A DNA stretch of 61,196 nucleotides, filler included, from Stramenopiles sp. TOSAG23-2 (GCA_900128395.1; 5 parts of 5 records of this genome joined end to end with filler, not necessarily neighbours in it), one strand, 5' to 3'; shown: positions 11,738 to 24,439, counted from the first letter of the whole stretch. Notes: a model not told the origin generated them from the sequence alone. Translations and numbers: made by a program.

Positions 11738-12173
11738 CTCTCTCTATATATATATATATATGGTCTTTCTCGTATTCTTAAAAATCAATCTAAGAAGACT
11801 ATATACAGTGTTGTAACATATGTCATACATACATACAAGCGATGGTACATATAATATATATATTTTCAGGAATAATATATAATACATTTATATGCGATCC
11901 CATTGGCGTACGTTCGCATGCCATACACGCTGATGGTATGTCCATCGTAAAATTTTGGAATATCTCAATTTTGGTACATAGCTGATTTGATGGACAATTT
12001 CGCAGTTTACATTATAATGAAAATATTTCCACACATGTATTAAATTCTAATTTTATATATAATGGTCTTGTACCAATATTAAATGTTGACAAATGTGATC
12101 TTCAGTATACCTTTTGTGATGGAAGTCATGCTATATCGTTTGAAACATTAAATCCAAAAGAAAATGAGATACG

Positions 12174-12273
12174 NNNNNNNNNNNNNNNNNNNNNNNNNNN
12201 NNNNNNNNNNNNNNNNNTTAATTAATTAANNNNNNNNNNNNNNNNNNNNNNNNNNNNNNNNNNNNNNNNNNNN
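12174..12273. other. Artificial contig spacer N44-TTAATTAATTAA-N44
   Basis: 100 nt with a six-frame-stop core at 12218-12229. Confidence 0.98.
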
Positions 12274-12887
12274 AGCACAAGGTAGTCATTGTTGGTTATC
12301 AAAATGATACTAATAGCAATGATGCAACAGTAAAATCATATTTAAGTATGTTTGCAGATTATAATTTATCATATTATATTGATCGAATTGAACATTATTA
12401 TTCTGAATTTAGTAGTGCAGGTATTTGATTAGTGCATGTGATGGTGAACAAGTTTTTTATACGTAATAACCTTTAGAGTGAATACAACAAAAAAAAGGAG
12501 GTGTGATGTGAGTCCAAACAGTTAAAAACAACGTACCAGCAGAGCAGAGAGATTGTATATATATATATATATATACGTATATATGTACACACTAGAAAAT
12601 AAAAATTTAATATATAATAAAAAAAATACATTTTTTTATATTTGATATTCATTTTTTTAAAATAATATTCGTATCATATGCATATATGTACATTATTTTT
12701 AAATATACGCATACATTTTATTACACACACACTTATTATTATATATTATAAAATATATACGCGCTCGTAACACATATGTTTATACCCCTGTTCTGATTAC
12801 ATAAAGCTGACATTTTCAATTTTAATTTAAAATGCACTTTCTACAAACCACACGGCTTCTGAAAAAAATATATTTCTTTTATAATAA

Positions 12888-14849
12888 TCATTGTTGAGGA
12901 AACATTTTTCTTGTTTGTAATGTCGTTTTAATAGAAGTAAATATTGGTACATCATCGTCACCTTCTCCACCATTACTAACATTATTGTTGTTATGTTTAC
13001 TAGTACTTTTACCAACAACAAGTTCTTTTACCAAACCATTTTGACCCCATATACCTATAGTTTGTGATTTTTTCCCATCATCATTACTATTTTTATCAAC
13101 AACGTTGGGATCTATTAAAACACCTTTACCTTCTGGATGTCCATGTTTCCATTCACCGATATAGTATTGACCAGATTCCCAAATTTGTTTGCCATTACCA
13201 CTTCGTTCACCATGCACAAATTCACCAACATATTGAGACCCATTTTCCCAAACGAAGCTACCTTGGCCATGCATTGTACTATTCGGTCCAAAATCGCCTA
13301 TATATACATCGCCATTGTTCCATATTCGTGTTCCTTTTCCGATAATACGGCCATCTTCCCATTGCCCGGAATATTGGCCTTGATTTATAGTACTCATATC
13401 AATTTTACCTAAACCATTGTAACGACCAGATTTAAATTCTCCTTTATATACAACGCCATTAGCAAACTCTAATGTCCCATTACCAGAAAACATTCCATTT
13501 CTAAACTCGCCTGTGTATTTATTATTTTTTGATATTTGCTTGCTATCATTTTTCTCGTCATATCTAGGTGATTTTTCTGGTAAATCATTCACATTTGCTG
13601 GCCATATCATGGTACCATTTCCTTCAATACTATCAGCTTTAAATTGACCTTCATAAATTCTACCATCCGGCCAATTTAATTTACCATTTCCATGCATTTT
13701 ATTATCACGCATATCACCCTCATATCTATACAATAATTGTTTTGCACCTCTTCTATCTATACTACTGTTATTATTACTATCTTTGCTGCTACTACTACTA
13801 CTACTAACTGCATTTATTACAAACACACGTTCCCCAGGACCACTAACTCCTGCTTCACCAAAGCAACCGCGTAATGTTGATTGAGTCGAATCAGATTGTT
13901 CACCCATACCATATGGCACACCATGTGACCATTCGCCATGAAATGATGTCCCATCACTCCAATGTATTGTACCAGTCCCATGTGGAAAATTTCCTTTCAC
14001 GTCCCCTTCATACATCGAACCATCTGGCAATATCATACGACCTTTTATCATAGTCCCATTAATGAAATGCCCTTTATATATTATACCATCTTTTGTTTCT
14101 AGCATACCACGTCCTTGTCGAAGATTTTCATGAAATTCACCAACATATCGAACGTATTCTGGATGTTTATCCCATACAATTTCACCATCTCCATGCATGA
14201 CACCGTCACGCCAATCGCCATCATACATAAAATTATTATTAGCTTTTATCAAGACACCTCTTCCATCACGTCTACCATCTCTAAATCTGCCTTCATAAAC
14301 ATCCCCAGATTCCCACGTACGTTTTCCTTGTCCATGAAACAATGAGTTTCTAAACGAACCGTTATAATGATCTTTTTTTGAAAATCGTAATTCACCACGA
14401 CCGTGATATAAACCTAATTTCCATTGTCCTTTGTATAATTTTCCATTCGCGTATGTTTTACTGCCGATGCCAGTTATCTCGTTGTTATCAAATTCACCAA
14501 TGTAAACAGAACCATCTTTAAATCTATATTCACCCCTTCCATGCATTTTTCCCTCTTTAAATTCACCAATATATTCTTCGTTATCTAACGTAACCTTATG
14601 TACCGTGCGTTGTTTGTTATCTTTCTTTGATGGTGTAATAATATTATTACTCACGTTTACGTTGTTGGTATTATTTTTCTTATTTTTATTCTTTTGCTGT
14701 TGCTTTGCATGTTTTTTTTCTATTGATTTTGTACCAGAAGAAGTGGATGCAGACGACGAAGACAAGGACGAGGAGGATGGCAGATTTTTCTTTTTGCTAC
14801 TTGATAAGATGGAGCTGGTAATTTTCAAATTTCTTCCTCTTCCATACAT
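12888..14849 (-). CDS. MORN-repeat protein
   Basis: Many YxGxF/WxxGxxHGxG repeats in two blocks separated by Ser/Asn linkers. Confidence 0.92.
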   Translation of the reverse strand: MYGRGRNLKITSSILSSSKKKNLPSSSSLSSSSASTSSGTKSIEKKHAKQQQKNKNKKNNTNNVNVSNNIITPSKKDNKQRTVHKVTLDNEEYIGEFKEGKMHGRGEYRFKDGSVYIGEFDNNEITGIGSKTYANGKLYKGQWKLGLYHGRGELRFSKKDHYNGSFRNSLFHGQGKRTWESGDVYEGRFRDGRRDGRGVLIKANNNFMYDGDWRDGVMHGDGEIVWDKHPEYVRYVGEFHENLRQGRGMLETKDGIIYKGHFINGTMIKGRMILPDGSMYEGDVKGNFPHGTGTIHWSDGTSFHGEWSHGVPYGMGEQSDSTQSTLRGCFGEAGVSGPGERVFVINAVSSSSSSSKDSNNNSSIDRRGAKQLLYRYEGDMRDNKMHGNGKLNWPDGRIYEGQFKADSIEGNGTMIWPANVNDLPEKSPRYDEKNDSKQISKNNKYTGEFRNGMFSGNGTLEFANGVVYKGEFKSGRYNGLGKIDMSTINQGQYSGQWEDGRIIGKGTRIWNNGDVYIGDFGPNSTMHGQGSFVWENGSQYVGEFVHGERSGNGKQIWESGQYYIGEWKHGHPEGKGVLIDPNVVDKNSNDDGKKSQTIGIWGQNGLVKELVVGKSTSKHNNNNVSNGGEGDDDVPIFTSIKTTLQTRKMFPQQ

Positions 14850-15434
14850 AATAATTATTACTCAAAAAATAAATGGATAATTCAAAAAAAATAAGGGACA
14901 ATCCGATATTTATTGCAAATGTGTATATATATGATGAAACAAAAACAAGAAACCTCAGAGCAGACTATTTTATATATATGGGATAATAACTTATCGATGT
15001 AAATATTGCTTGTTATGTTATATATATACACACAGACAAATGAATATGTGAGTGGAATGTTTAACAATCAGGTGTACTAATTTTAATTATTTTTGAATTT
15101 AAAATTAATAATAATAATTGAAAAATAAATAATAAATTAAAAAAAATATTTGAAACAACTTTTTTGGATGGAAAAAAAAGTGCAAATTGATCCTATCAAA
15201 TGAGCACATAAATAACATTAGTGCTATTTATATGCTAAATAGGTATCACACAAATCGATGAAACACCTTAATGTTATCGCACTTCACAAAAACACAAAAA
15301 CCAAAAACACCGACCATTTTTTTGATGATATTGAATTTATTAGCATATAAATAAAACTTAATGTAAAAAACAAATTGTTTTATTAGAAACAACAAAAAGG
15401 ATATGTGGGTAGTAATAATGATGATAACAAGGTA

Positions 15435-16229
15435 ATGATAGATAGATATAATTTTTTTTGTTATCCAATGAATTCAACCATGCAGAATCAAAAACAAATC
15501 AATCCATCCTCGTCTGTAGTATCGTCGAAGAACAATGCTATTGTAACGGGGAATAATAAAATATATGCCAATTTAAATAATTTAAAAAATAATGGATATG
15601 TTGTTTCCAATTGGTTTTCATTTTGGTCAATTGTAAATATCATTTTTTCAGTTTGTTGGGCATATTGGCCAATAAAAATGCAAGAGATAGAAGTTGAGCG
15701 TAGGGAATGGTCTAATTTTTGTCAACCAATCAGTGATTGTGGAAAAAGTTTTGGTGGTGTATTAATTTTTTTTGCGTTATTTCAATTAATTAGTTACATT
15801 GCAGCCATACGTCAAAAGAACCGCAGTTTACCACCAAATATTACATTATGTTTTTTTTATTTATCAGTCCTTGCATATTGTGTGATTATTGTTATTACCA
15901 TTATATCTGGTATAGTTATCAATCGATCAGAAAGTGGACAATGGTGTGGATATGAATCGCCACCATTTAAAAAAGAAGCTACTAATTTTTTTGAGGCTAC
16001 TTGTTTTATCATAATCCCATTGCTTTGTATCTTACGCCTTCAATATAAAAAAATTCGTCAAATGTTGGCAGAATCAAAAGTTGCATTTGCTAATAATCCG
16101 ACAAGAAATAATCACCATGGCATTGAATTATCCAGTAGCAACACATATGTTGATAATATTGAACAAGATGATGATGTAGGATTTGATTCTGTTGAAAATG
16201 TTGCAGCCTCTGGTAAATATCGAAAGTAA
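15435..16229 (+). CDS. Uncharacterised ~4-TM membrane protein
   Basis: Four hydrophobic segments with Cys in the loops. Start is uncertain (ATG 15435 or 15468). Confidence 0.65.
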   Translation: MIDRYNFFCYPMNSTMQNQKQINPSSSVVSSKNNAIVTGNNKIYANLNNLKNNGYVVSNWFSFWSIVNIIFSVCWAYWPIKMQEIEVERREWSNFCQPISDCGKSFGGVLIFFALFQLISYIAAIRQKNRSLPPNITLCFFYLSVLAYCVIIVITIISGIVINRSESGQWCGYESPPFKKEATNFFEATCFIIIPLLCILRLQYKKIRQMLAESKVAFANNPTRNNHHGIELSSSNTYVDNIEQDDDVGFDSVENVAASGKYRK

Positions 16230-16279
16230 AAATGTTTTTTTGTATAATAATATATATGATAATATATATAATATTTTTG

Positions 16280-16388
16280 ACACTAGTGTGAGATAGAATA
16301 TCATATTTCAATTATTGTATTTCTTTTGAAGAGTAGAAATTATTATGAGTAAATTAAAAAAATAACTTATGCGTAAACTTAAATATAT
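16280..16388 (-). repeat. Dispersed repeat family A, diverged copy
   Basis: Reverse complement reads TTTACGCATAAGTTATTTTTTTAATTTACTCATAATAATTTCTACTCTTCAAAAGAA...TCTATCTCACAC, matching the copies at 47601 and 53378. Confidence 0.8.
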
Positions 16389-16698
16389 ATGTACGAAGCC
16401 GTCGTATGTACATCATGTATGTGTGTGATATTTATTTACTCTTAAAATATGTATTTTTTGAAATTTTTTTATAAAACGCACACACACCACACTGTGTGAC
16501 ACAAGACACAGAGAATTTCTCTCGCTCTCTTTTTAATATTTACTAAAATGTTTTTATTTCTTTTTTAAAATAACCACTTTCCCGTGTATTATTATTTTCA
16601 AAACTGTTTGTTATATATTATAGTCGGATAAGTAATGTTCTGATATATACACATATATTATATATCAAAATGATCCTTTGATATCGCAAAACTATTTT

Positions 16699-17832
16699 TT
16701 AAATAATTCGTTGTCGATTACTTGTACCAGAAGATTTTGAGGAGGAACCTTTTCTACTACCACTACTACTACCCTTTGCAGCTCTTTTTCTTGGAGCAAC
16801 ATTTCCAAATGCTTTATGAGTTATATCATTATTTGGTACTAGGTCTGGATCTGGTTTGTAAATAGATCCTCTGTTGCTGATTGGATTGCCTTTTGTTGCA
16901 GCACGACGTGCTTTGTCTCTTATACCTGGCCAACGCATTTGAAACAAACCAACACATTCGTTTATTCTACGATAATAAACTTGTCTGTATAGTTCCCCAT
17001 CAAAGCCAAAAATTAAAGAGATGGCACATGCAATCCCATCGCTTGACATGTCAGGATCAGTCAAAAGCAATTTTTCCACAAATGGATACATGGTTTCAAT
17101 CTTTAATTTTGCTTGGAACCTGTCGATAACTCTTCCTTTAGGTACTACACCACCAGGACTTTGCAATGCTTCTTTTTTCTTGTTCCGTTTTTCATCCAAT
17201 CCAGCTCTGTATGCCATTCGAGTTTCCTCTGCTTCTGCATCCGTGCATGTATGCACTTTCAATGTCTCAAGGAAAAATGCACTATCAACCCTATCTGTAC
17301 TTGTTTTAATCTGTGGGTGTGTGACTTTATCAGGCCAATTCTGTGCAAATGCTTGTTTGTTCATTTTACACCAAGTTACTTCAAAATCACAACCAGGACA
17401 AGGACATTTAAATTTAAGAATCCAATCTTTTTTACCACCACCTGATTTACCATGTTGATTTGTTGCTGGCATAACATGGCGATTTTGCAATTTAGACAAT
17501 CGCGAGGTTAACAATACCGCTTCCTCGTGATTTCGTGCTGGCGAACCCAGCGTTAAATATCTAACACAACGTGAAGAACCATTTATTTGAAATTTCTCCT
17601 TCTCATACATTTCCTCTGTTATAATAATACATTTTGTATTTTGTGTAAAAGTTGGTTGATATAATTCTTGCTTTGGTCCTGCCCATGCAACACGTGTATA
17701 GTTTCCACCTTTTTTTGATGGTGTCGATCCACCAGTACTACCATTGGATCCTTTCTTTGATTTTTTATTTGTTGTAGTAGTAGTTGTCGTCGTACTACTA
17801 CTTTTTCTTTTTCCAGGTGATTTTCTCGGCAT
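16699..17832 (-). CDS. Basic nuclear protein with MULE/FAR1/WRKY-GCM1-like Zn-finger
   Basis: FKCPCPGCDFEVTW...FFLETLKVHTC; Lys-rich NLS-like termini; no recognisable DDE domain. Confidence 0.6.
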   Translation of the reverse strand: MPRKSPGKRKSSSTTTTTTTTNKKSKKGSNGSTGGSTPSKKGGNYTRVAWAGPKQELYQPTFTQNTKCIIITEEMYEKEKFQINGSSRCVRYLTLGSPARNHEEAVLLTSRLSKLQNRHVMPATNQHGKSGGGKKDWILKFKCPCPGCDFEVTWCKMNKQAFAQNWPDKVTHPQIKTSTDRVDSAFFLETLKVHTCTDAEAEETRMAYRAGLDEKRNKKKEALQSPGGVVPKGRVIDRFQAKLKIETMYPFVEKLLLTDPDMSSDGIACAISLIFGFDGELYRQVYYRRINECVGLFQMRWPGIRDKARRAATKGNPISNRGSIYKPDPDLVPNNDITHKAFGNVAPRKRAAKGSSSGSRKGSSSKSSGTSNRQRII

Positions 17833-18080
17833 GATGATTTTTTGTTTTTGTAATAGATAAACACTCTAAAAAATAAATTAATTACTATTATTAGTAAATT
17901 ATTAATAACCTTCAAAAGAGGGGGAACAAAGCGGAGAGCGATGTATATATTTTATACCGTTTGTGAATATATTATACAATAAATATAGTCTATCATTCAT
18001 TGTTTGATATGTTTTCTGATCGATTCACAATATCCTGGTGGGTGTGTATATATATATTTATTATGTTTTGGTGGTAACGC

Positions 18081-19097
18081 GTGCTAATAGTAAGCCTATT
18101 TACTATTATAAAAATTCTGGCAATAAACTGTATTTTGAGTACAATGCAAGATTTTGACGTATGCTTTTACTATAGTATTTACATGGTAATGATGGGTACT
18201 TCACGAAAAAATTCGTTAAATGTTACATGGATGGCCACAGGATGCTATACAATTCAAATCCGAAGAGTACACAGGTTTAAAATTTTAAAAGTATTTAACA
18301 TTGGTATAGCATTGGAGTGCAGTAAACTAAGGTTTTTTGTATCAAATGGACTATATCCTCAAAAAGAATAATTGAGAGTTGCGTTTATCATCATTGTAAA
18401 TTTTTTGTATTATGTTCATATCTATATTTTTATAAAAAGGATGGTAATGGAAAATGAATGTTCTTTTGCAACTGTAATATAATATATACAGTCCGTAAAA
18501 GAATTTATTCAAAAAAGGATGCAATGTTGTATAACAATTAACAAAATCTTTTGCAACTACTTGTTAAAAAGTAGTCTGTAAAAGAAATGTCAATTGTTGT
18601 AAGTTCAAATCTAAATTTCTTCATGTTTCATATTTCTAGTCATTTTTTTATTCCTATTACTAATATCACTACTTCGGAGTAAACATTCTGCTAACTTTTT
18701 CAGTAAGTGTGGTGGGTCGCTTATGAAAAATATCAAAATATTGCTGCATCTATATCTACAGAAATAAAATCTGCAGTGTTTGCTTCATCTTGCCTTGGGA
18801 AGAAATCATCTGCTAGCTTAAAATCATTGAATTTTAAAATGAGGTATGTGGAATTCCATCATGTCTCCACATACAAAACTAACTAAGCATTGCGATTGCA
18901 ATAAATTCAACAAGGTACAGGCGTTAATGATTGGTCATCAATCCAATGAAACAATTTATACTGCTTTATGTACAATAGCAGATGGGGAAGATTTTGGCAA
19001 CCAAGATGAAGATGTTCAATTTGGTGAAACAATGACAAAGGGGCCTATCATCTACTTACATACAAAAGGTGGAATTGAAAACATTGAGTTTGATTAA
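18081..19097 (+). pseudogene. Possible degraded gene (broken coding-like frames, intron-like segment 18599-18703)
   Basis: Several short frames interrupted by stops; GTAAGT...TGCTAAC-TTTTTCAG intron-like signals; no family recognised. Confidence 0.25.
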
Positions 19098-19627
19098 AAT
19101 GGTGATCATTATTATTGTGTAGAATAAAACCGTACCTGTTAAATATTACTATTGTCCAAATAATATATTTTTTATAATTGCTTTATTTTTATATGATACA
19201 TCAAAATCTTTTTCTTATTTTTTATATCATACCATAAAGCTACTTTGTCAGATATCATGAAGCATGTTGCTGCTGTGGTGCCATCATACAAATTTGTTAG
19301 TGTTATCTGCAGGGTTGTGCTATTCATCCTTTGTAAGGACACAGCATTCAAAACCACTCTATTTATCTATTAAGGATTTAATATAAATATCCATCATCCT
19401 TTCTTTCAATAATATCAACATATGATTAAAATCGCTGCTTATAATTATTTCTCCCTTAAAATACTCCATTCACCTTTCCTGTGTCCAACAATTGTCCAAT
19501 TGAAGAAGAACTAAAAACAAACACACGTGTGATAGAAATACAAATTGAATGAACAAGAGGTATATACATAAACATAAAACATATACTACTTCGAAATAAA
19601 TGAACAACAACAAATAATACAACTAAC

Positions 19628-20757
19628 ATGTCATCAACACAACAACAAAAACCAATAAAGCAATCTATTGCTGGGTTGAGAAAAAAAGGTAAGTAATAAT
19701 AATAAAATAATAATTTTTTTTAAACAATAATTCTTCTTATAGACATAATATATATTACAAATAAATATATAAACAGATAGGACTAACCGTGTTATATTAA
19801 TATTAATACATAGACTTCTCGGATGTTCCAGAATTGTATGTACCAGCTGCAAAACATTTTGAATTGGTCAGTGAGGAGCAAAAATTAATGGTAACTGATA
19901 AACGATCAGCAAGACGTACAATGACTGTACATAAACGTGTACAAGAAGAAGAAGTAAATAATCCAACTGATTTTGGTGGTGCTATTGATTGGGAAACTGA
20001 ATTAAAAGCATTTGGTACGTTGCCATATCCTGAATATTATAAAATGCCATTTCATTCCGTGCCAGGTGGTTGGTTAAGTAAATTTGCTGCAATGAAAAAT
20101 AGAGTCGCAATGCAAGCTATTTATCGTGAAGCACATCCACGCTCATGCATGGGTGTACGTGATGTATTATCTGAACATGTACCAAAAGATGCAAAACGTG
20201 TAGTTGACTTAGGTTCAGGTGATGGTGATGGTCCAGCAGCAACTGCACGTATGTTACCAAATGCAAAAGTACTTGCTGTGGAAGCATCTCCATTTATGAT
20301 TGTATGTGGTCGTAGACAAAATCGTGATGCTGTTAATTTGGAATTTAGACATGGATTAGCAGAAGAAACGTTTTTACCACCAAATTGTTGCGATGCAGTT
20401 ACAATTACGTTAGTCTTTCACGAATGTGAAGATTCAGCGAAAAAAAACATTCTAGCAGAAGCATTTAGAATATTAAAACCAGGTGGTACGATTGTATTTG
20501 CAGATACGCCACAAGATGATTTATTTACATATCGTGGGTTTTATGAACCATGGAAAGATCAATGGTTGAATTTTGATTGTGAACAATCATTAAAATCTGC
20601 TGGATTTACTGATATTGTTGATCATGGTATTGTTGGTGGTGATGGTAAAGTACGTTCAATCCAAGAACATAAAGAAAAAGATGCAAATGCTGAAGATTCT
20701 ACAGACAATCGTTTATTCCTTTTCACAGCAAAGAAAAGTATGAAAGCAAGTTTGTAG
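19628..20757 (+). CDS. Class I SAM-dependent methyltransferase (UbiE/Methyltransf_11-like); exons 19628-19688 and 19814-20757
   Basis: VVDLGSGDG motif I, FHE, RILKPGG. Intron 19689-19813 (GTAAGT...GACTAAC...ATAG) joins ATG 19628 in frame: MSSTQQQK...RKKDFSDVPELY. Confidence 0.9.
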
Positions 20758-21107
20758 AGTTTTACCTTTGTCAGTGTGTAAATATGTGTGTACCCACACA
20801 CGTGCCTCGTCATTATATTACATTTACGAGTACAAGATACTGTATTTGTGTCTGTTGATTGTAAAGATTGTAGTAATATTAAGTCATATACATAAAAGAA
20901 TTTTTACACACATCACACCATGTTTTGTTTTTGTGGTGTGTGAGAGATAAGCTTTTAATGTGTATAATTGGGTTTGTATTTGACTATTTAAAAAATTGAT
21001 TTTATAATATTTTGAATAATACATTTTGTAATACCTTTTGCACACACACACGCACGTCCTAAATCTAAAACTCATTCTCTATCTCTCCCCGTTAACAAAA
21101 TATATTC

Positions 21108-21833
21108 TCATGATGTTTCATTTTCACTATCAGTTGTTGATGTTTTCAATTTTTTATTCCTATTACCTTCTTCCTCTCCTTCCTCTTCTTCTTCCTCCTC
21201 CTCATCATCACCACCAAATGTTCCCCAAATATTATTATTATTATTACTTCCGACATTATCATTATTATTATTATTATCGTCATCACCTTTACCTGTTTTT
21301 TCAGCTTCTTCTTGTTTTTCACGTAATATTTGTATCTCTGCTAAATTTTGGCCATATTTATTGCCAAATAAGTTTTTATATCCAGCACGTCCACTTGCAC
21401 AGCCACGACAGCCAGTATTAGCTTCAAATATTTTTTTACCATTTAAATTTTGACGTGGTACTCGACAAATTGCAGTACTACCAAAAGGAAAATTTCGTTT
21501 ATCAATGACAAAGGTACTACATAAATTTTCATAACCAGGTTTTTTCCATTTTGCTATAAGATCTGCATCGGCTATTTTTTCTTTTAATAAATAATCGTAT
21601 AATTCTTTTGAAATCTTTTTATATTTATAATACATATTATATATGTAACGACTACGTTGATTATTTATTTGATGTATAGGCCATAATGATTCACGTTTTG
21701 TTTTGCCTTGATGCGACGAGTTCATTGCTTCTCTTAACTCATTATCTAATGCTTGTAAAGTATTTTCCAAATATTGATATCCTTTTGGTTTATTATGTTT
21801 TTTCTTACTGTATCCCCATTTTCGTTTCGGCAT
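21108..21833 (-). CDS. BUD31: Pre-mRNA splicing factor BUD31/G10, Cys-reduced variant with acidic tail
   Basis: LWPIHQINNQRSRYIY, LIAKWKKPGYENLC, ICRVP, GCRGCASG. Confidence 0.92.
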   Translation of the reverse strand: MPKRKWGYSKKKHNKPKGYQYLENTLQALDNELREAMNSSHQGKTKRESLWPIHQINNQRSRYIYNMYYKYKKISKELYDYLLKEKIADADLIAKWKKPGYENLCSTFVIDKRNFPFGSTAICRVPRQNLNGKKIFEANTGCRGCASGRAGYKNLFGNKYGQNLAEIQILREKQEEAEKTGKGDDDNNNNNDNVGSNNNNNIWGTFGGDDEEEEEEEEGEEEGNRNKKLKTSTTDSENETS

Positions 21834-22171
21834 TATTATTGTTCTGTAATTGTATACTCTTACTGATCTATTTTTTTTTCTATCAATTGCTCTGCTATTT
21901 CTTCTATGATGTGATGATATATATATTTTTATATTATTCTATGAAGGAAAGGACAAATTGTGGTGCACGCAAACCTGTTCAAACTGAATTGAATGGCAGT
22001 TTATTATAAATACGATGGAAGGAGGAAAACAAAACAATACATATAGAATATTATTTTATCCCTGTGTAGTTATAGATAGATAGATACTTGTCAATACTAT
22101 TTATAGAACAATTAGTAAAAAAGAAGATATAGACGAATAACGTATATAATATATATATATATTATACATAA

Positions 22172-22765
<594 letters not shown>

Positions 22766-23133
22766 AGAAAGTGCAAGAGAGCAGCAGACAAAAAGAAGAG
22801 TTCTCATGTGTGTGGTTGGAGAATGGAAGGGAGGAGATATACTTTTAAATATATATATATTGTTATATTTTAATATTGTTTTAGATCTCTCAACACACAC
22901 AGACATGTTCTTTCTCCCCCCCCCAAGAACATTTCTGTTTGTTGCAGTTCAGTTTAAGTTGTTCATTATTCAATCAAATAATTCCTTCCTTCTTCACCAT
23001 CCAAATTGACATCATATTAATAATAATAAATATAATATAAGAAGAGTATATACATACACATATACACACACGGAGATACACAACTACAACTACTAATACC
23101 AATGTAAAGGAGGGTAAAAAATAATTAAATACA

Positions 23134-24123
23134 ATGTCTATATCATCCTTATCACCTGTATATATTTCCCCAAAAACATTTTATTCAACACCACCATCTA
23201 TTATTACAGGGAATAATAATAATAATAATAATAATGTACCATACGTCCCATATTATTTAGATTCCATTAGGCATGTAACAAATGAATATAAAAATATAGT
23301 AGAGAAAGATAGAAATTTACGTCAAAAATTACATCGACAAGTTGAAACATTGTCTGAAAATATATATGAAAATCAAAAAAACATAAAGTCTGTCTATTTT
23401 TGTGATTTAGAAATTGAACTGCCGTTAACAGAGGAAGAATTTTGGAAATGTAGAAAATATCATATGCTACATCAAAACCATTATAGCAAAGATGAAAAAA
23501 AAGGAATTTGTAAAATTTTGAGATATCAACATTATAATGCATATACTGGCTCTAGTTCAATTAATATTTTTCCAATCAAAAAAGCGCCTGAATTTTTAAG
23601 ACCAATGTTACCAGATATTACAGTATTAGAATCAACCTTTTGGGATTATCCAAATATGTTCATAATTGTGAAAGCGGAAAATACAAAAGGTTGGGATGAT
23701 CAAGGAGGGTTAATTTCACAAACTATTTTATTAAAAAATGGTATTAAACCTGACTTTAAAATTCAAAAAGAAAAATTCAAGACATGGGGGGATACTAAAA
23801 AATGTAAAATACAATCGAATAAACAATGTATAAAATTAAAATCTATCCTTGGTAATCGAGATAAGAATGTAAACAATAATAATAATAAGGAAAAAGTGGT
23901 AAAAACAATATTACATAAACGTACATGTATATTATCACCATACGATGGTTTTCTTGGTAAACAAATCAATAATGCAATTGAAAATAGTAATTTAAAAACT
24001 ATGGTAAAATTAATGAAGGATGTCATTGAATTAAATGATACAAAATGTAATGATAAATATGAATGGGGTACGTTGGAAAAATCATTGATGCCATATGAAG
24101 ATGGTGAAAAAGTCATATTTTGA
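23134..24123 (+). CDS. Divergent phosphatidylinositol-transfer-protein (PITP/START-like) family member
   Basis: LPLTEEEF resembles PITP LPLTVEEY; APEFLRPMLP...ESTFWDYP resembles P.W.RALLP...E.AWNAYP; GFLGKQINNAI resembles GLQSKVENFI. Confidence 0.55.
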   Translation: MSISSLSPVYISPKTFYSTPPSIITGNNNNNNNNVPYVPYYLDSIRHVTNEYKNIVEKDRNLRQKLHRQVETLSENIYENQKNIKSVYFCDLEIELPLTEEEFWKCRKYHMLHQNHYSKDEKKGICKILRYQHYNAYTGSSSINIFPIKKAPEFLRPMLPDITVLESTFWDYPNMFIIVKAENTKGWDDQGGLISQTILLKNGIKPDFKIQKEKFKTWGDTKKCKIQSNKQCIKLKSILGNRDKNVNNNNNKEKVVKTILHKRTCILSPYDGFLGKQINNAIENSNLKTMVKLMKDVIELNDTKCNDKYEWGTLEKSLMPYEDGEKVIF

Positions 24124-24366
24124 ATGGTGGTTATATATATATACACATTCTGAAAATATACAAGGCCTCGTATGTATGGTGCAAGAATATATCATTTTTA
24201 ATTATACATGTTGTATAAATGGAAAATACTTATATATACTGTAAGAAGTGTAAGAAATGATAAAGGAGTGTGTGGAATTTACTTCAGTCTATATATATAT
24301 ATATACGAGTATATGATGTGTGCTACGAATCGTACTAGATGTACATCATATTATATTCGTATTTTT

Positions 24367-24439
24367 ATAATGATGATTAAAATATAAGTTATAATAATTT
24401 TACACTTCTCGTGTTAAGTAATATGCTCAATACTCAATC
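24367..24439 (+). repeat. Dispersed repeat family B (copy at contig end)
   Basis: TAAGTTATAATAATTTTACACTTCTCGTGTTAAGTAATATGCTCAATACTCAATC is near-identical to 30817-30887. Confidence 0.85.
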
